Below are positions 25,057 to 38,340 of a stretch of 64,000 bases of DNA, one piece after another; position 1 is the first letter of the stretch; each line of letters begins with the position of its first letter. The stretch is from Trypanosoma brucei (taxonomy: Eukaryota). Position numbers and translations under genes: made by a program. The stretch spans positions 5,184,001 through 5,248,000 of the forward strand of contig CH464491.1 in NCBI GenBank assembly GCA_000002445.1, given 5' to 3'. The notes below the pieces were generated by a model. The model saw only the letters and a program-made list of their open reading frames with translations. It did not search any database and was not told the DNA's origin.

Positions 25057-26567
25057 CCCTACCTTTCAGTCGTGACTTCTTAACTCTGGATGTTCAGAAA
25101 CAAAGTAAGAATCGAGTGCCCTTAGTGGCTACAAGAAAGTCCACTGCTTTTCTTGCAAGCTGCTGTTGATTATCGCCCGTTGCTTTTGGATTGATGAATA
25201 CGATTTATATCCATTCACATTATTTCTAGCCACCTATACCCCTCATCTACGAAATATCCTCTTTCGACACCCTATTTTTCCACTAAAATAAAAGCTTTAT
25301 ATGCTCACTATTACTTTCCCCCACTTGAAATCAATACATAACATGAGAATCAAATAATAGATTAAGAAATACAGTCACAACCATCGTCGCTGTTGCGCCC
25401 ATTCATTTTTGTGATGTGGTGTTTTCTTTTGAGTGCACATGGTACTTCCATCCGCCGCATCATATGTTAATTTGCAATTTCGGCCCCCAGTTGTGCCGCC
25501 AATCCCCCTTTATACTTTATGTGCTTTATGCTGTGCTTTGTGTATGGACAATTATGAGCATTGAGGAAGGGTATTTGACTCTATCTTCCTAGAAACTTCT
25601 TACATTTGTAACTTAGATTGTCACTTTTGTTTCATTTGTTTTACTTTAAATAATTATCTGATACTTGGTGCTTTTTCGAAGATAAACGATAGAGAAAGCT
25701 GCAACAGGATAAAAGTCTCATGAGAAATGGCTCAACTATGGTGATTTATTCCCTCTGTGTTAGATTTGCTTGTATTGTTTTACGTCACCTCATTTCTAAT
25801 CTACTAAATAAGCTATTCAAGTTGTGCCTACACACCTCTAATGGCTTGGCCATAGAAAAACAATGAAATTCTTAGTTCTATCGAATATTTTTACCAACTC
25901 TACTTTATAGGGTGTTAATAAGGTTAAATGTTTCTACACTGCCTTTCAATGCAATAATTTTATTTTCGTCTCTTTTCATTTGCCGTTTCTATGGTTTTCC
26001 GGATAGTTTTCAACATCTTTAAATGTTGTGATATTTTTTTGAGCTTTACACGTATGTTTAGGTACAATCATTAGCTGCTTGTTTGTTCACTTCTCTCAAG
26101 TTCCAAATTCTGTTCATAGCTGCACTTTTACAAGAATTGTGCACAATTTATAAGCTAAATTCTCTACATTAGATCGGTTTGCATCCATGACGACGATTTC
26201 AGTAAAAATAATGTATTTTTCAAAGAGTTATTGAGAACATATTAGTAATAGTGGTTTTATATCTTTTGTACCCCTAGTGCTTGTTTGTGTAACATGTAGC
26301 GCTTTATGTTGGTCTATACATTGCGTTTTTCCAATCATCATTGTCCCCTCGGGGTTACGTTGTGTATCATAATACCCATCATCATGTTAAAGTTTGAGAG
26401 TATGCATATTACATCTCCTTCATTTCATTTCCTTTAAAAATAATTATCCTGGACCCTATCCATCCATATTTTTCACTTTTCCGTTCACTTACTCACTTAC
26501 TCTGATTGCGCTCTTGTCATTGTTTTAAGTTTTTGTACTTTTTTCCATTTGATCTTCACCACCACCT

Positions 26568-26640
26568 TTGTAATATTAGTATAAACACACTCACAACACA
26601 TTCATATCATTATCTTTACGTTTTTCACTACTTATTATAA
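26568..26640. repeat. Degenerate 70-bp repeat upstream of the truncated VSG at 24031-25056
   Basis: taatattagtataaacacactcacaacacattc core with a weak ATT tract. Confidence 0.55.
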
Positions 26641-26874
26641 CCCTAAATAATGTTGATTAAATTAAAAATTTAAAATAGCACTCATCCTTCATACAATATA
26701 GCGCTACTACTTTACAGACACAGGCCACAATGATATCTAATTTTAAATTTGAGTTTTTCAGTGGTTTTACTAAAAAGCGTTAAAACATATCAAATCTTGG
26801 AAAATTTGTTAATTATATTAAATTCTATCAAAGCAGCAAAATTACGTAAATTTTTATAAAATTGAGCAAAAAAC

Positions 26875-28405
26875 CTCAATATGCTAAGAAACTCATGTAA
26901 GATGCAGCATTTGCAGAAATTTTCTTATTTGCAAGAATACTGTAATCTTTGTATTGTTTTCCCCCAAATTTACATTTATGAGCTTTGGTGCAGTCTGGTT
27001 CCAATTTTTATGTGCACTTAGGGTCAGTTTTCTCATCTTTTCCTGTTTCTTGCCTTTATTTTCTTTATTTTTCACTTTTTGTCAAGTTACATTTTGGTTT
27101 ATCTCTTTTTTCGTCGTAAGTACATCCTGTTTTCTTTCTACATTCATTTTTATCGTCTTCTGCTTTGTTGCACTCTTTCTCTTCACTTATTTCTGCTTTC
27201 TTGTTTTCCTTATCCTCTTTTAGCTTTTTAAGTTCAGCTTCCAGTTTTTTCAATTCGGCCGCTTTTGCTCGCATGTAGTAACTCATAGTTGCTTGCAGTG
27301 TTTCTATTCCTGTCACCGCATCGATCTCTTTGGCTTTGGCTCCAGTTGCGGTTATATCGGCTACTGGTGTTTTTTTTGCTACTTTCCATATTTCTGGGGC
27401 GTTGCTTCCATCAGCTTTAAATAACTCTGTTAGTTTTTTGGGGGCCGCCGTTTCCAAGCCTGCTACTGTTATATCTGGGTTTGTGTCTTTAAGTGCGCGT
27501 TTTACCTCCGCTAGAGCTGCCGCGTCGAGTGCAGCTGCTTTTAGGAGGGTGTCGACATCGGTTGATGCGCTTGTCGTTTCCTTTGCCTGCACTGCTAGGC
27601 GGTCAAAATGTACCTTTTCTAGAAGCGTTGTTGCTGCTTGGCGATTGGCTCTGTTTATCTGCTGCAGGCTGTTCCGGGTTACTTGCTCGTTTGCCGTGAC
27701 CTTTAGTAGGCCAAATTCGAGGAGCGGCGTGGCTGCCGTTGAATGTCCCGCGCCGCCGCTGAGCGCCTGCTTTTTCCACATACCGCATTTGTCGGAGTCT
27801 GCGACTCCGTTGGTTGCTGTCACTGTGTCAATTTGTGCGTACCCTGTGGCTGACAGGACCGTATCTGTTATGCTCGGTTCAGTGCCGTCAAGCTGCGGTT
27901 CGCCACCCTCGCAGCCGTTTGCTTTTGTTGTAGCCGAGCCGCTGCTACTTGCCGTTTCGTCCGCACCGAGGCAATACTCTCCCACGGTTGCGCTCGTTTT
28001 TAGTAGTTGGATCGCGTCTTCAATCCCGCCCACTGCTTCCATTGCTGTGGCCGTTGCCCTCATCGCCACTGTCGTGAAAGTTTCTACTGCTGACGCCTTT
28101 GCATCTGCTTGTGCTGTCAGTCCTGCGGCAAGAGCCACGAACGCCGTGTTTTTGCTTTCTGGTGCTGTTTGTTCTGCTAGTATTTCCAGTTTTAGTGCCA
28201 GCTCCCGTCCTGCCTTGGCGCTTTCCTGTAATTTTTTTATTTTTCCATGTGCTATTGTTGGGATTTTCCTTAGTTCGCCGGCGATCCTACATAAAGGTTT
28301 CCACATTTTGTCTATAAGAGCAGGCTGGGCTGTGTCGGCATGGTTGCTGTACATAAAAACTAAAAGCGCCAGTGCCGCTGCTGCTTGGGCCACCGTCGCT
28401 TTCAT
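26875..28405 (-). pseudogene. VSG with intact 446-aa N-terminal ORF (27065-28405) and frameshifted C-terminus
   Basis: ATG at 28405 (MKATVAQAAAALALLVFMYSNHADTAQP). The C-terminus DPKCT..CKFGGKQYKDYSILANKKISANAASYMSFLAY* lies in another frame ending at ~26875. A 16-mer variant is at ~26777. Confidence 0.7.
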
Positions 28406-29294
28406 CCCTTGTTTTGCAATCGTATCTTCGATGAAGAAACTTTATTTAGGTGACAATTAAATGTGGGTAATGAATGAATGTGAACAGGCAGTAAGGTACC
28501 ACAAGCATGAAACAAACTACAATTTAGACTACTTTTCAAGGGACAATTACCGCATAGCCACGTTATCGCGAAACTATAGTCTAGCATACTGTCTGCAAAG
28601 AGTCATCGGGTCTTCCACCTGTTCTATATTTAGCGCCGCCCCTCAAAGACCGGAAAGTGCTACTTTTGCTCGCTAAGTATGCGTTTTCCTTTGAAATTCT
28701 AATCATTTAACGATTGCACTACTCTACCCACCTTTCCCTCTAATCTAAAAATTCCCTTTATATCCCCTCTACTGTACCGCTAAAATAAAAAGATCAAATT
28801 CTCTCTATGCTCGTACAACTCCCTTACCTTGAAGTTTAACATTTTAATAGACTATGAGATTGAAAACTACTGCGCACACTATTGCCGCTGCAGCATCTTA
28901 TTCATTCCGCATAACATTTAGCGCATCACTTCTTTCTCTTCCTGTATCATTTTGTTGTATGTTGTGCTGCTCATTATTTATCAGTTTATACGGTGTTTTT
29001 TGTACCTATTTTTTGCTTTTATGTCAGTAGTTGTGTTGATAAAGAAGAAACTTCATTATGATTGTACACTGTTTTTAGTCACTTACTGATTGTCCCCTTT
29101 CTCAACCTCCTTTTTATAGTATTTACAATTGTCATGTTCGTGTTTGGAATTGTTCATATATCTAATCTCCATTTCCGCCCTTCCGTTAATAGAATTATTC
29201 AGGTTCTTATATTGCCTCAAGTACTCTCTTCGCTCATTCAACCATTTATACTGTTTTATTTTCTTCTACACCGTTACTCAATTTAGTTTCCCAT

Positions 29295-29375
29295 ATTTAT
29301 TATAATATTCGTATATACACACTCACAACACTCTCCTATCACTATCATTATTATCATTATCACTATTATTACACT
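29295..29375. repeat. 70-bp repeat upstream of the VSG at 26875-28405
   Basis: tattataatattcgtatatacacactcacaacactctcctatcac... This block is near-identical to 8660-8752, including the downstream ~60 bp. Confidence 0.8.
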
Positions 29376-29659
29376 AGTTAATATCCATAAAATAGGCAAA
29401 CAAATTAAATTAGAGTAGCACTCATTTTCAAACCACATTACCATATTTCGGTACACTTTTGTTCCAAGATGTCACTTTCATATGAAAATTTCAGATATTT
29501 TTAAAAAATGTTTCACATTTTTTAAAGGTTTATGAAAAGTAATATAATATATTATTTTTTTTTAGAAAATATTATATATTCTACAAAAAAAAATATTTCC
29601 GGGAAATTTTATTATATTGAGCAAAATTTCTTTAAGAAAAAGAGGGGGAAATTTTTGTT

Positions 29660-31201
29660 TTAAAAAAGCAAGGCCACAAATGCAGCAGAAACCACGCTGA
29701 GGGCGAATTTTTTGTTGACTAGAATGGAGGAATCTTTGCAAGCATTATTCTCCCATTTGCATTCAGGAGCCTTAGTGCATTCGGGTTCTAGTTTCCCTTT
29801 GCATTTCTCTGTTGCTGCCGCTCCTCCTGCAGTTCCATCTCCTGTTGCTGGTGTTTCTGATCCCTCTACCGTTTTGATTGGATTGCACTTCTTTTCTTTT
29901 TCATCGTACGTGCATCTGTCTTTTGGGCAAGTGGCATTTTTATTGTCATGCTTGTGGCAATCCGTGGCGTCTTCTTTGGTTTCTTTTGATGCTGCTCCGC
30001 TTGCGTGTGGTTTCGACGCCGCCAACGGCATTTTTGGTCTGGTGGCGAGGTACTTGGCTTGGTGTTTTAGTGCTTCTAGTTGTATTGCTACGTGCTGTGC
30101 CTGTTGTTGTCGAGCCTCTGTTGTTTTTAATTGTTCTAGTGTTTGTGTTAGCTTAATGTACCAGTTCATCTGTTTGAGTGCTGCCGCTTGTCCTGCTGCG
30201 TAATTTGGTATTTCGACGCAAACTCCGTTGGTCGCTGCGCCGTTGCAGTTGGTGTTTTTGAATGTCCCGATATATCCTGCTGTGCTGACCGTTGTTATGC
30301 CGTTAGTAACCCCGTGAATTAATTTTTCAACACTTGCGGCCGTTGCTATGAAAGTATCTTGTTTGCCGCAAAGCTGTATTATGTCCTTAGCTTGTGTTGG
30401 CTCCGGTTGCTGAGATGCACCTGCGTTCCATGGTGTCCCGGCCGTCTTGGTTACTATGCAGGGGTCCGCTAGCCCGGCGTTATTGTCGTAGCAGATGCAT
30501 GTTATGACCGCCGATATGGATTTTGGGTTGGCGCCGCCGTTACCTGCCTTGCATGTGGCTTCCCGCGCGGCGCTTCCTGCTGGTGTCGTCCCGAACATTT
30601 GAGCGAGTGTTACTGACGTTGCTGTTGTCGAGCTGTCGCCGTATGCCGCTTCCTTCAGTGTTGCCTCGATGCTGGTTGCTGTCGGTTCGCTTTCTGGTTT
30701 GGTTTGGGCGCGGAAGTGGCTTATTAGGGCTTCCGCTTGTCGTGTTACGTCTGCCATTACGGCCCTCACTTCCGACTTGTCGTCGTCGTTTAGCTTAAGG
30801 AAGCCGCTGTTTCTTAACTCTTCGTCGGGCTGTTTGTCTTTCACAGCTGTTATTGCGGCCATCCAGTCTTGCCAGCTGCCTTCGAAACCCCGTCCTTTGA
30901 CGGATGCCTTTGTTGGGTCTGTGTGCAATTCTAGCGGGTCCGGTTTGGAAACAAACATGTCCTGCCAAGTTTTGGTTGCAACGCTCATGTTTAACTTCTG
31001 AATGTATTGGTACAATTTTTGTGGGTCAACAGATGTTGCCGGCACCTCTACTGTCGCCTCGGCTGCCCGGAAGATCGCGCAAAGGGCCTCAAACGTGTGC
31101 CGGTTGTCGCCGCTTGCTACATCGCCTGCTTCGACAGCTCTGTTACACGTTGCGACTGCCACAACTAACACAACTGCGGCTGTTTTAAATTTCTGGTGCA
31201 T
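29660..31201 (-). CDS. Variant surface glycoprotein (VSG), apparently intact
   Basis: Continuous ORF. Probable ATG at ~31201 ([26 protein letters not shown]); the track start at 31252 is a TTG. Canonical C-terminus [47 protein letters not shown]. Confidence 0.85.
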   Translation of the reverse strand: MHQKFKTAAVVLVVAVATCNRAVEAGDVASGDNRHTFEALCAIFRAAEATVEVPATSVDPQKLYQYIQKLNMSVATKTWQDMFVSKPDPLELHTDPTKASVKGRGFEGSWQDWMAAITAVKDKQPDEELRNSGFLKLNDDDKSEVRAVMADVTRQAEALISHFRAQTKPESEPTATSIEATLKEAAYGDSSTTATSVTLAQMFGTTPAGSAAREATCKAGNGGANPKSISAVITCICYDNNAGLADPCIVTKTAGTPWNAGASQQPEPTQAKDIIQLCGKQDTFIATAASVEKLIHGVTNGITTVSTAGYIGTFKNTNCNGAATNGVCVEIPNYAAGQAAALKQMNWYIKLTQTLEQLKTTEARQQQAQHVAIQLEALKHQAKYLATRPKMPLAASKPHASGAASKETKEDATDCHKHDNKNATCPKDRCTYDEKEKKCNPIKTVEGSETPATGDGTAGGAAATEKCKGKLEPECTKAPECKWENNACKDSSILVNKKFALSVVSAAFVALLF

Positions 31202-33217
31202 CTCTCTGGCTATCTTTGAACTTTCTCGAGATTGTAGGTTGAATCGAGTCAAAATCTTCCTCCTGTTTCAGCAATATAGAATCAGAACTGATCGGTTGAT
31301 CGCATATAAAACACAGAAAATGAACAAATTACATGCGTTACCAATCTTAACTCTCTTCATTGCGTTCTTTTCTTTTCTCCAGCATGATCGTCACAGCCCC
31401 TCAGTCATTTGTACCTTTTGCACAGACATGCAGTTGGCCTGCCAACTGGCTCTTCATATTTCATTTTTATCCTCTACATGGAGGTTGCACGTGTATATTT
31501 TGCACAATTGTGGCTTTAAGCTGTAATTGCCCATTGTATATTCCCATTATTTACAAAAAATACTACATACATACTTTGTCTTTGGCTGTAATTTTATATT
31601 GTTTCCGTTTTTGCTGGTCCTATCCTCATTGGTTTGGAGTCCTGCCAATCCTAGTCTCTTGTTCACTCAACAGTCCGCCAATATTATGTTTTTACGTGCA
31701 AGGTCTGCCTGAACATCCGCTGCTGCTCTTTACCATTTTTTGTAAACACTGTGTGCGCGTGTTACGTTGGTGCTGGTAAGGAAGGCTAGTCGCGACCGTC
31801 CTTGCTATATGCTGTCAGACGTTTTCTTTCCTGTTTTTTCCAGTGCTCGATGTGATATAAGTGACTAATCTAAATGCCACTGGTTGACCTTTTCTAAATA
31901 TAACCTGTTCTTTCTTCCTTCTCTCAAATTTCTCCTCGTCGCTGCGGTGGTAACGTTTGCTAACGAAGCATAAACATAAAAAGAAGATGAAATACTCGTG
32001 CCAATAGAGTGATATTTGGTTTTTATTTGCTTGAGAATTGCTTTCTGCTGCTTTCTCTTTTTTTTCTTGCATGTTCTAACATACTACATTTTCCATTTAA
32101 ACTCTACTTACACAGCTCCCTTTGACATCATTCTAAACAAAGAGGAACTCAATTTTATATAGTAAATTTTCCAACTAGCGGGAGAGGCCGCTAATGGTTG
32201 CTGTTTCTGCACTTCCTTTTGGTGAAATAACAACTTTATTTCTGGTTTTCCTTGGCTGTTTTTATTATTACACTTGTGGCAGGCCTCTCTGGATTTGGTG
32301 GTGGACAGGACAAATTTTGCAATGCCGACTCAGGTTATCAGTTTTCTTCTTTTCTTATGATTATGTGTCCAGGTTAACTCTGAGTCAGATCGTACTCTCA
32401 TATGAATTATACGTTCCTTGACCACTGTTAATTCCTCACATACATAACAATACCGAATTGTATCAATATCACCATTGATTCTCCACAATTCATAGATTTT
32501 TTGTAGCTTTGTATATGTGCCATTTTAAGCAGCTTCCGAGTTTTCTTTCTCTTTTGGTGCCCACAGTAATCCATTGGTAGTCTCATTTTTGAAATCCTCC
32601 CCCTGATATTAATAAATCTTTCCCGCAAAGTTTAGCGGCTATCACTATAATTAATGATAAAAATACATCAGAATTACCTTGTACTTATCCAATTGCTCAC
32701 TTTTCCTTTCTCTAATTTTTCTCTTTCCAGCTGGATATTAGCGTACGGTATTATATTTAAAACTACATATGCTACTGCTTTTGTTTCAATGGCATCTATC
32801 CATTTTCAGTAAAGTACAAACCATTACTGGTTTCTGCTTCATGTAATTTTGTGTTGTGACTTCGTGTAGTCTAATGTCTCTTTTCAAAATTTCTTTTCTT
32901 CTTCTTTATACTTTAGCGGTTTTTCCTAAATGGCGTAGCAATTTCATTTGCCTTCGGAAAAGGACCCTGCCTCTCCATGATTTTCCCTTCAATCATATCC
33001 TTGTGACAGATAATTTCCTTCGTCATGTTTATGTTTAAAATAGCGCATTTTCCATCCCCATCTCTTTGTCCTTTAGGGTTTCCTCCAACAATATTTTTTT
33101 CGTTATCTCTCTTTCCTATTAACTCATTCACTTCTCATTTACTCACTTACTATTATTACACCATCACTATCATTTTAATTACTTCCATTTTTTATCCAAT
33201 ATTTTATAACTACAACT

Positions 33218-33380
33218 ATTCTCATTATAATATTCGTATATGCACACTCACAACACTCTCCTATCATTATCATTATTATTATTATTTTTACTGCTCTTAG
33301 TATAATAATAGTATATACACGCACACGACACTCTCCTATTATTATCATCATTATCATTATCATTATCATTACTATTACAG
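33218..33380. repeat. 70-bp repeats (two units) upstream of the VSG at 29660-31201
   Basis: ctcattataatattcgtatatgcacactcacaacactctcc... and tataataatagtatatacacgcacacgacactctcc... Confidence 0.8.
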
Positions 33381-33640
33381 TCGCAAATTAATTATAGTTA
33401 GCAAGGAGACATAGTAAGCCATAGAGGAAAATTTTCCATACCTTCTTACTCCACTGCTTTATACTGATAGACCACAGCCACGCACATCACACAAAATTTT
33501 CAGATTCTTCAAATTTTACACTTTCACTTATTTTCATATTCTTATCAAAAAGTATCAAAATATAGCATATTTTACCAAATATAGAATACTCTCTCAAAAA
33601 CAATAATTTTATATATTTTTATAAAATTAAGCAAAAAACC

Positions 33641-35121
33641 TTAAAGTGCTGCCATGCTACCAAACCTGCAGGAGAAGCAACCATAAGAAAATTTTTTATT
33701 TACAAGAAAAATGAAATATTTACAACTTTCACCTTCCCACTTACAATCCGTAGATTTGCAGTCATCCTTTTTCTTACCATTGCTTATTTGTGTTGTTTCG
33801 ACTTCATCTCCTGTTCATGTGGTTTTTTTGTGTAAATTTACTTTTATCTGCTACTAACTTCCCTTCTGTTTCAGTGTTTCCTTCCCATTTGCATTTACCA
33901 GAGTTTTCGCACGCAGTTTTGTTAGTTGTGTGTTTTTTGAATTTTTCTGCTTGGTGGTTTAGTTCCGCTGAATTTACTCTCTGAACTGTAACAGGCAGTG
34001 AGGGGGCGGCGATGGCGAGCTTTGCTAGTGTGTACGCGGCAGCGGCTTGTGTTCTAAGAAGCGAAAGCTCCTGTTTTAATATTGCTAGACGCTGCTTCTT
34101 TGTGTGCAGTTTGTCAATATTCTCAGCAGCTACTAGGATGTTCGCTTCCCATGTTATACCGTTTTTACCGGACCTAAGGAACGGTGCTAGCGAAATGCAT
34201 TTGCTGTTAGGTATGCCATCTTTTCAGGTTGCAGCTTCGGCCTTGCCTAAGACGAGTGTTGCCGTTTTCGTGCCTTCTGCTGCCCCATGCCACAAACCGC
34301 CGTTAGTCTTGTAAGGGCCTGCCTAATTAATCCTACTGTTAGCTGTTTTGGTGTGGCTCTCCCTCGCAGCCGGTTTTTACTTGCTCCCAGATTTTTAGGC
34401 ATCTGCTACCGTCGTTTTTGCTTGCGTCTTCCCATTGGGTGCTTATGCCGGCCCCGCAGTGACCATGGCTGTTGGCTGTGTTGGAGCAGATGCAGCAAAT
34501 TGCTACCGCTCGTGATTCTGCTATTGATTTCCCTTGTTTTGCTGCTTTTGTGCACTTCTCTTGCCAGTTGCCTTTGCAGTTGTTTCTGTCGAGATCGGTA
34601 TTGTTGTCTCCGTAGAGTGCTGTCGCCAGAAGCTTCTTGGCGTCTTCAACGTCGCTATTGATGTCTTTGACAGCTTTTTTACATTCGTCTTTTAATATAT
34701 TCGCCGCAGTTGCGTAGTGCTGAATTTGCGCATTGGCGGCGGCTCTAGCCGGTGTATCTTTTAGCCTTTCGTATGTTTTGTCTTCTTTTGGACCCAGAGC
34801 CTCTATTTTAGTCTTCTCGGTTTTCCAAGAATCTGCAGCTGCTTGTTGTATGCTGCCGTCGGGTCCTTTTGGCAATGTGCCGTCCTTGTCGGCGTAATAG
34901 CTTTCCGTCTACGTTGAAACATTGTAATACACTATTTCTTTGTGTTCTTTCGGCTCTTCTTCTGATATTTTCAGTTGATCAAGCGTGTTACGGGCCGATA
35001 TAATGGTAAAAAGATTGCAGAACGCTTCGTATTCGCGGACGTTGACGTTTGCCGCGCCGCTTCCTTTGTAGGGCAATAGCGTTACGATCACCGGTGCGGA
35101 AACGACGGCCTTTGTGTTCAT
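33641..35121 (-). pseudogene. VSG pseudogene (multiple frameshifts)
   Basis: N-terminal ORF 34909-35121 (ATG, signal-like, YEAFCNLFTII). Middle ORF 34339-34875. C-terminus DCKSTDCKWEGESCKYFIFLVNKKFSYGCFSCRFGSMAAL* in another frame. Confidence 0.7.
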
Positions 35122-36299
35122 TTAAGTCTCTGCGCGGCTACTGCTATGTTTTCCTTTGGGGAAAGACAGAATGGCTAGACGCACTCGTTCGCTATTGATG
35201 ATATAAGTTATGTTCACCTTACATAGTCTTGGGCCTTTGTGTCGGCTGGCGTCTTTCAGTTACAATGGCTTGCTTGTTGATTGTGCTGTTTGCTTTGTGT
35301 CTGTGTTATAGTTGCCTTGGGCACCGGTCTCTGTCGACAGGTCACCGTTGTCTAAGCTGCACATCGAATAGGTGTCTGCTCATTTACTGCAAAATGTTAG
35401 CGGCGCTGTCCTGTCACTGCAGTTCTTTCAACCTCGTGACGGGTAAAAAACGTTTTTCAAGTTCATCTTCACATGTATGGGAGCGTCGCTTAGATTTCAC
35501 TTTTGATTTCTATTTCTAAACAGTCTGTTATTAATGTTTTCCTAATTCCTCTCAGAACCTATTGCACAAATTTACTGTTCATATGTTAACGATCATTATG
35601 TTAAATTTTGAAAATAATTTATACATTTCTGTACACAAAAATTCAACGTTTATGTTTTGTTATTGCTTCTACATTGCGGCTAACATTGACCACATGATAA
35701 AGTTATAACAAAGTAAAGATTGGGATTTTCACGGATGCGATTCGTCTACTGTTTCTGTATTAGACTTTGTTTCTCCGCTACTTGTAACCTGTGCTTAAGA
35801 CTAAGTAAAATGGATCCAGGCATCGCTTTTTCGCTGACTTTTCTTTTGTTAATACGACTGGTTTGCTCGTATAAACAGCAACTTCTATATGAGTTACTTG
35901 TTCCTTGAAAAGTCTTAGTGACTATGAAATATACAAACAAAAAGTTGGAGGAGTATCTCCGCTGATATTCGCCACAGCACAGAGATCTTCCGTTTTTTAA
36001 TAGACGCGATTTCTTACTCTTTTCTGCTGGTATTATACAGGTGACGAGGTAAGCCTACTTTGTCACAGAGGATCGACCTTGCGTCCTCGTGCTTTCTGCA
36101 TCCTTATTCTTCCGTATGATGATGATATCCACACTAGCTCTACTAAAAACGCTGCATATACTCTATTTCTAGTTTTTTAGACATTTCTCTTCTCCATCCC
36201 CACACATTCATCATTACTAAGTTACTTCCTTCCATTCTAAATGATTTACTGCTTTTAGTGCTTGATATTTTGTCCATGAATTTAGTTTCCAACAGAGCC

Positions 36300-36395
36300 A
36301 TTATTATATTTTTTGCATACTCACACTCACAACACTCTTCTATTATTATTATCATATTATTATTATTATCATTACTGCTCTTATTATTAATCTAA
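36300..36395. repeat. 70-bp repeat upstream of the VSG pseudogene at 33641-35121
   Basis: catactcacactcacaacactcttctattattattatcat... Confidence 0.7.
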
Positions 36396-36636
36396 ATAAT
36401 ATTCACAAGAAAATATAATAAAATAACTTAATCAAATGAGAATTTACGAAGTTTTCGTCTTAAATCACACTAATTTGAACCCATATTCCATTTTTTTACT
36501 TTTTTAAAAAATTCTCAAAGATTTTATAAAAGTGTTAAAATGTAATAATTTTGGAGGTTTCAGAAAAATTTCCGAAATTTAGTGGATTTCATAAATTTCA
36601 TAAAACTGAACGAAAATTCTTATAATACTAAAATCC

Positions 36637-36830
36637 TTAAAACAGAAAGTCCACCAAAGCAGCGGCAATCAGAGCAAACTTTTTAGTTACGAGAAAACTA
36701 GAGGAGCGGCAAGCTGGAGTTACTGGGCCCTGTCACTCGTTGTAGGTAATCCACTCAACAAAAAGCTTTCTTGCCAGCAGGAGCAGTGCCCGGACACCGT
36801 TGAATTTCTCAGGAGTGTCGTAACTAGAGC
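36637..36830 (-). pseudogene. VSG 3' fragment (fragment A) with 3'UTR at 36400-36636
   Basis: Encodes ...EWITYNE*QGPVTPACRSSSFLVTKKFALIAAALVDFLF*. This is closely related, at DNA level too, to the tail at 13330-13480. Confidence 0.6.
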
Positions 36831-36839
36831 AATTTACCC

Positions 36840-38030
36840 GTGATGTTTTATCCCCTTCTTTATTTTCTCCTCCTTTGTTTCCTGAATATTGTGTGGACGG
36901 CTGGCCCACTTTCGAGCGTTGGTTAAGCTGCTGTTGCCTTTGTCAAGTTTAGTCTAGAAAAAAAAGGTTGATCAGCTGCTGCTCGGACGAGGGCTTGGGC
37001 TTGCGTCTAAAAAAAACGGTGTGTCATTATTTAATTAAAGACGGCGGAAAAAAGTAAGTTTGAAACAAAAAAATTGCAGCTCAAAATGCAGAGCTGAAAT
37101 TTACAAAAGAAAAATGAACAAAAACGTAACAAATCGAGGAGATGTTTTAGGCAAAAAATATGAAAATAAAGATGTCTTCAGGATAAACAAAGGTTAGAGT
37201 CCGCACCAAAAAAGAGCCGCTGCATCACTTAAAAAAGAAACATTCCCAACCCTAACCAGGATAACCCTTCCTGGCTTTCTTCTTTTTCGCTTTTGCCAGT
37301 CCAATTGCTGTTCGGGCAGATTATTCAAAAATTTTGAAAAATTAGTTATCCAGCGTAAAACAAAAAAAATAAATTGATGAAAAAACCAAACAAAAAACAA
37401 AATATACTCAAAAATGTCAAAAGATAAAGAAAAAATTTACCCTAATAACCCTAAAAAACCCTAATCTTAAAAATTCCAAATTAACCCGAAAAACAAAAAA
37501 TCCAAAACCAAAAATATCAAAAAATAGGGAAAAACAAATGGAGCCGCTGCAGGTGCTTGAAAAAAGTGGGCGGAATAAAAGTTGATGGTAAAAAATTCTA
37601 AATCCGTCACCCCCTCCCCAAAAAGCCAAAAAAATTAGAAAAAAAAGACGAAAAACACGAAAATCAAGTTTTTTTAAAAATGTAAAAAATTAACAGTTAA
37701 AATTTTAATGTTCGATTCACGGCTGGTAGCGGACAAGGGTTATGGTTTGAATAAAAAAGGAGCGCTGCAGCGGTCAAAAATAAAATTAAAATTATTAAAT
37801 TGTTTTTGCAAAGGAAAATCGGGTAATAAAAAAATTGAAATTAAAAAGGAAAATTAAAAACCTAACCCTAACCTCTCTAACTATTCGTTTTCTTCTACCT
37901 TCTTTGGTTTCTGGAAAAAAATTCGACAAGAAAAAATAAACTTAGATTTAAAAATTTGTTAAAATTGAAAATTGGAAAAAACCTAAAATCCTAACCTTAA
38001 AAGTTCAAAAAAAACCAACAACTAAAAAAT
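36840..38030. repeat. Interstitial island of degenerate telomere repeats, A-rich, ~1.2 kb
   Basis: ccaaccctaacc at ~37245, ccctaataaccctaaaaaaccctaatc at ~37438, cctaaccctaacc at ~37858, cctaaaatcctaacc at ~37981. The unit ggttag(a/g)gtccgc...aaaaagagccgctgcat recurs at ~37190, ~37540 and ~37730, and again at 38705. Confidence 0.75.
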
Positions 38031-38148
38031 GATAATTTTATTCATAAAAATATTTTACACGCGCAGGAAGCCTAAAAAAATAATTATTTCTAGGAGATTG
38101 ATAAATGTGTTAAAATACATTAAATTTTTAACAAGAAAAAAAGGGGAA

Positions 38149-38340
38149 TTAACACATCAAAGCAGTAAAAGCAGCAGCCATACTCAGAGCCAATTTCTTA
38201 TTGACAAGGATACTGAAAGAGAGTCACTCAGGTTTGGGAAGTTTGCCTTCTTTGTCTGTGAAAGTTATCCAACCACATTTACAAGGGGCACAAACTGGCA
38301 GTCCTTCATTCTTGTTTTTCACCAGATGTCTGATCCTGGT
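38149..38340 (-). pseudogene. VSG 3' fragment (fragment B) with short 3'UTR at 38030-38148
   Basis: Encodes [47 protein letters not shown] 16-mer variant gtgttaaaatacatta is at ~38107. Confidence 0.6.

Noticed and set aside
27330-28460. 376-aa plus-strand ORF
   Set aside because: It lies entirely antisense to the VSG at 26875-28405. It is Ala/Ser/Val-rich as expected from the reverse complement of GC-rich VSG codons, and its start is a non-ATG from the bacterial-style ORF caller. It is a shadow ORF.
31252-31252. Track ORF starts taken at face value (e.g. 31252, 61003, 19582, 49170)
   Set aside because: These 'M' codons are TTG/GTG alternative starts used by the ORF caller, which are not valid eukaryotic initiators. 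Real ATGs were identified by eye where possible.
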